A DNA stretch of 64,000 bases from Chiloscyllium plagiosum. Taxonomy: Eukaryota. The stretch lies in assembly GCF_004010195.1 (NCBI RefSeq), contig NC_057757.1, forward strand, positions 2,050,985 to 2,114,984. The letters are read 5' to 3'. The first letter of the stretch is position 1; every line of letters starts with the position of its first letter. Below are positions 61,511-64,000 of this stretch, in pieces. A program made the position numbers and the translations under genes. The notes below the pieces were generated by a model. The model saw nothing but the letters and a program-made list of their open reading frames with translations. It made no database searches and was not told where the DNA came from.

Positions 61511-64000
61511 CAATAACATTCTGCACTTACAAACAGGTCTCAGGAGCCATCGATGACATGATTGGGTACCAGCAATAATCGTATATGGTATCTCCCTCAG
61601 ACATACGCAAGACAGCACTCTGCAAATTTATCCACAAGAGGTAAGATCAATAGCAAAGGAACCAAAGGGGAGATGAGAACTTAGCTTATTTTTTAGAAAA
61701 TTGTTTTGATTTGTTGAGGTGTGGAATGCACAGAGGAAGGTTTAACATAGCTTTAAAAAAATGGAATTGGATCAATACTTTAAAGGAAAAATGTTGCAAG
61801 GGCAGTGAACAGGGAGAGAGTGGAACTAATCAGAATACTCTTTCAGGTACAATGGATCAAAAGACAAGTTACTTTTCATAGCTCCTTTGATATTCTAAAC
61901 TGCCCCACAAGTATATTATCAAGCCAGATTTGACATCCATGTATGGAGATATTACAAAAGGTTGGTTAAAAAGATAGGTTTTAAGGAATACTTTAGTAAA
62001 GGAGAAAGTCATTGAAAAGATTACCACTGAGCAAGTATGCAACCCGACTAGCTGTATAGATATTGTGGCTATAAAAGGTCACAAGATGGGAATTCTGCAA
62101 TGACTAATTGACCTCCTAACTCCAAAAAGCCTATCCACTATCTAAAGGAGTGTGAAGGAATACTCCCTGCTAGCTTGGAAAGGTGCAGCTCCAACAACAT
62201 AAGAAGCTTGACACCAATCAACCGAGTTGATTAGCACCACATCTAACTACCTCAATCTTCACATCCTCCACTAGCGACGCTCAGTAGCAGCAACGTGTGC
62301 CATTGACAAGACGCATTGCTGCAACTTGTCAACCCTTCTTCGAGCACCTCTTCCAAAACCATGACACCAACCATCTCAAAGGACAAGGGCAGCAGATGAA
62401 CTGGAATGACAATCACCAGCAGCCAGTCTCCCTCCAACCCACACATCAATCTGACTTTGAACCTCCTTCACTGCTTTTGAGCCAAATTCCTGAAATCCCC
62501 TGTTTGACTGTACTGTGCACATACCTACAGCTTAAGGACTCCTGCAGTTCAAGGCAGCTCTCCACAACCTTCTCAAAGAGTAATCGGGGTGGGCAATAAA
62601 TGCTGGACTAACCAGAAATGCCTACATCATGAAGAAAATAGTTTTCAGGAAAAACTGCCATGTATTTTTATTCACATAAAAGATGAGCAGGAATCTGGTC
62701 ACTTGAATCTACTCTGCTATTCAATGTGACCATGGTCGATTAACTCCCTCCACACCACTTTCTCCTCAGCTCAGTCTGAAATTACAGCTTCTTGTGCCCT
62801 CCTCTTTTGGAGTGCTAGCCTCTCAGCGCTCCCAGCCAAGCCTTCTGGAAATATTTTAAATGCATCAAATGAGAAACCCCACTACATAAACTTTCTACAG
62901 TTAAAACAGGGGAGTGCCTCATAGCATCCAAAAAAAACACTTGCCTCACTGGCAGAAACAACTCTACTTATTCAAGAGCTTGAGTACATTGGTTGCAGGA
63001 ATGAGAGATGACGATTAAAATTCAGAAGCATTGCAGGCAGCCTGGTTTGGCATCTTCAATTCCTAAATGTACCATGGAGCACCTAGCACCACATAAATCT
63101 AGCAATTTTCATATGTCTTGAATGGGAATAGTCATCTCCCAAAGCTCCTGTATTAGGGGCTGTGCTGGGAATCCCACCAAAATGCATCTATAACGCACAA
63201 TGACAATCCCTTATTTAAGGTGACAGGACCTTTCTACAGTAATCCAAGATAATACCTACAGTTTAGAGCTGGCACAAATGCACACGTTATAAACAAGTTG
63301 GAAAAAGGACATCGGAATTTGTCGGGCTCATGACATTCAACCGTGATCAAATAACTCAGAGATAAAGACGCACTGAGGGCTGGAATTAAACCCCACTCTG
63401 ACAGGAAGTGGTTATGCTTCAGAAGGGCAAGACATTTGGGATTGGTGTGAGATCTCGTTTTTGCAAATCCCTCTCACTGTAAACACCGAGAGCAGTGCAA
63501 GCGGGTCAAAGAAATAGATACCATTTCTGAGAGGTCAGCCAACTCCCCGCTATACAGCTCAGAAGGGAGGTTAAAGATCCGCAGTGTATTGTCAGCACTG
63601 TTGGTCAGAATGCAAGAACCATCCGGTGCCCTGAGATAAAACACATGACAAGTCAGTAAAAGAAAAGGTGCTTCTACTCACCGCGATTCACAGCAAAACA
63701 AACTTGGGAAATGAGCCACTTAGACAAGCTCATTCAAGTGAAAGAACATAAAAATCAATCTGCTTTATGAGCTACAGTAACCATTGCTGTGTGATGCCAT
63801 CAACTGTTCTGAACTGTACCAATGGAGTATCTTAACTTTCGACAATCAAGAGTTGATTTGATCTCTGTACTGTTATAAGGCAGACAGGGTGAAACTATTT
63901 CTGCTGGTTGGGGAGTCTGGGGTTAGAGGGCAAAGTTAAAAAACTAGTGCCAGCCCTTTCAGGAGTGAACTTCAACACAAAGAGCTATTGATGTCTGGAA

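Noticed and set aside
63677..63760. Donor-like GCG|gtgagt as a further WRAP53 exon
   Set aside because: The adjacent sequence does not encode the expected [10 protein letters not shown] segment; upstream exons are outside the window.
58923..64000. TP53, head-to-head with WRAP53 in mammals
   Set aside because: No p53-like coding sequence is seen, and the WRAP53 5' end is not in this window.

Overview
Eukaryotic, repeat-dense vertebrate DNA. The HE1/V-SINE-type SINEs and HER1/CR1-type LINEs point to a cartilaginous fish, probably a shark (inference). There are three assembly gaps. Two intron-containing genes can be rebuilt on the minus strand with phase-consistent GT-AG junctions. The first is the 3' six coding exons of WRAP53/TCAB1 (58922->51867; its 5' exons lie beyond the window). 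The second is a divergent SCHIP1-like gene (6 coding exons, 40254->26897, about 325 aa from the ATG at 40245), most plausibly an ohnolog of SCHIP1 in the WRAP53 (human 17p13-like) paralogon. A CpG-island promoter at about 5.3-5.8 kb and candidate minus-strand first exons point to a third, unidentified gene running off the left end. The rest is CR1 fragments, SINEs, a probable solo LTR, minisatellites and Penelope-like (PLE) elements. Several PLE-derived repeat types carry minimal hammerhead-ribozyme cores (CUGANGA-stem II-GAAA-NN-UH), often as fold-back inverted pairs, including a ~1.4 kb palindromic Penelope insertion with a target-site duplication inside a WRAP53 intron. Protein and repeat-family identifications come from recalled sequences, not database searches, and repeat boundaries are approximate.
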